DNA of 64,000 nt from Haplodiscus bocki (Eukaryota). A model generated the notes under the pieces. That model did no database searches. It had not been told where the DNA came from and was given only the letters and a program-made list of their open reading frames with translations. Positions within the stretch are counted from its first letter, which is position 1; each line of letters opens with the position of its first letter. Positions 62,902 to 64,000 of the stretch are shown here, piece after piece. The stretch is from contig OZ296648.1 in NCBI GenBank assembly GCA_965655095.1, positions 49,042,001-49,106,000 on the forward strand, written 5' to 3'. The position numbers were made by a program, and so were the translations under genes.

Positions 62902-63572
62902 ATGTTCCTGTCTGGCAAAAGAGTTAGGTTGAGCTGTGTTGTCCAAGTTTGTCGCAATGCTCATCATGGCCTTGAATTGGGTCATTCAAAGGTAAACTTG
63001 GGAAACTTAATTAAGGAAGAAAAACAACTTTACCTGAAAGGTGACATCAATGGACTCATTCGTAGCTCAAATCAAAATGAGACTAATTTCAAAAATGTCA
63101 AAGGCCCTAGTCTGAGAATGGGTATTGCTGGCCAAACATATTCATCCGATAGAGTTGGTGACAAAATTGCCAAAGCAATAATCGATGGATGGATTGTTAT
63201 AGTTGACAAAATGTCTGGTTTTGAAAATGACAAGAAATCCAAGTCCGTGTGGTTGAGTAAATTGATTCTTTCGCAGATGTTTCTGGCGAATCCTCTCTTG
63301 GCCGGGTCGATGGTTTATCATACCAAAGCAGTTTTAAACCCGGGGAAAGACCTTGAAACAGTTTCTATGTACTTAGCGCATGCTAATAATTTACGTCTAT
63401 CTTTTACAACGCTTTTGGAGTTGAAAAACCCGAATATATTTTACCGACTGATCACGACTTTGATACAGTTCATCGATTTGTCATTCTGCGCTGCTTTCAT
63501 GTTTCCAGCGCCCCGGTTTGTCCACAGGACGCTAGCGTATCTTCTAGAAGATGCAACGACGGTGTTTTCACT
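62902..63572 (+). CDS. Alternative-oxidase-like protein, coding exon; di-iron ligands substituted
   Basis: Acceptor TTTTTCAG ending 62895, ATG 62902, donor GTAAGT at 63573. Basic, acid-free N-terminus like a mitochondrial presequence. DKIAKAII...WLSKLILSQMFLANP..AGSMVYH...AHANNLRLSFTTLLELKNP..FYR...PRFVHRTLAYLLEDA aligns to the AOX core. Confidence 0.75.
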
Positions 63573-64000
63573 GTAAGTTGTAGAAAAAATTCTAATTTCA
63601 ATTAGAGTAGGATTAGATGACGGTCAACAGGTATTTGCAATGAATAATTGATGAAACCATTCATTAATTGCAATAATTGAAAGTCAAAATTTGATTAGCA
63701 TGCTTGAAATTTCTGCGATAATTCATTGGTAAAAATCAAGAAATGGAAAAATTGGCTATTCGGTTTTTTAGACACAGTGTCTCAAAAATCGCATGTATGT
63801 GTCACAGTCTCTTTATAAGAAGAGGATTCTGTTAAGTGCTCAGTTTGGAAGTCTGCCAAAGCTATCCTGGGAACAGAAGCGTGTTTCAGTAATAAAAATT
63901 GCTCTCAGCTAACGCCGCTGTTCGAAAAATCGCTATCAGCTATTCACTTCTCAGTACTTGATGATTCGCTAAAATTGCTAATGCTCGGAAAATTCAAAGT

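Overview
Eukaryotic, AT-rich and almost entirely transposon-derived; an invertebrate animal genome is likely, but the taxon cannot be proven from sequence alone. From left to right: (1) the 3' end of an LTR retroelement whose extra ORF contains a decayed J-domain, then an LTR flanked by both a PPT and a tRNA-Leu-type PBS; (2) a left-truncated, decayed Polinton/Maverick (adintovirus-like) element A, ~2827-17388; (3) a MULE-like element with a 9-bp TSD; (4) a Gypsy-like element, 22887-30032 (TSD CTGTC), whose 1.5-kb LTR contains the gag start and whose PBS is triplicated; (5) a full-length decayed Polinton B, 33142-50796, with ~560-bp TIRs, encoding pPolB, integrase, HNH, fibre-like protein, protease, major and minor capsid, ATPase and a RING protein; (6) a solo LTR and a 2-kb tandem duplication; (7) an exon of an alternative-oxidase-like host gene that has lost its di-iron ligands. 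The standout is a CR1/L2-like LINE, ~56552-60909, that carries an intact histone H2A ORF inside its own boundaries. The order is H2A, then PHD-finger ORF1, then APE-RT ORF2. H2A and ORF1 are joined by a TAA-ATG junction, and ORF1 and ORF2 by an in-frame TGA-CTAG readthrough-type junction. Both flanks of this LINE rejoin into one older antiparallel LINE, which places H2A inside the insertion. Boundaries of decayed genes are approximate and all homology calls come from motifs recognised by eye; no searches were run.
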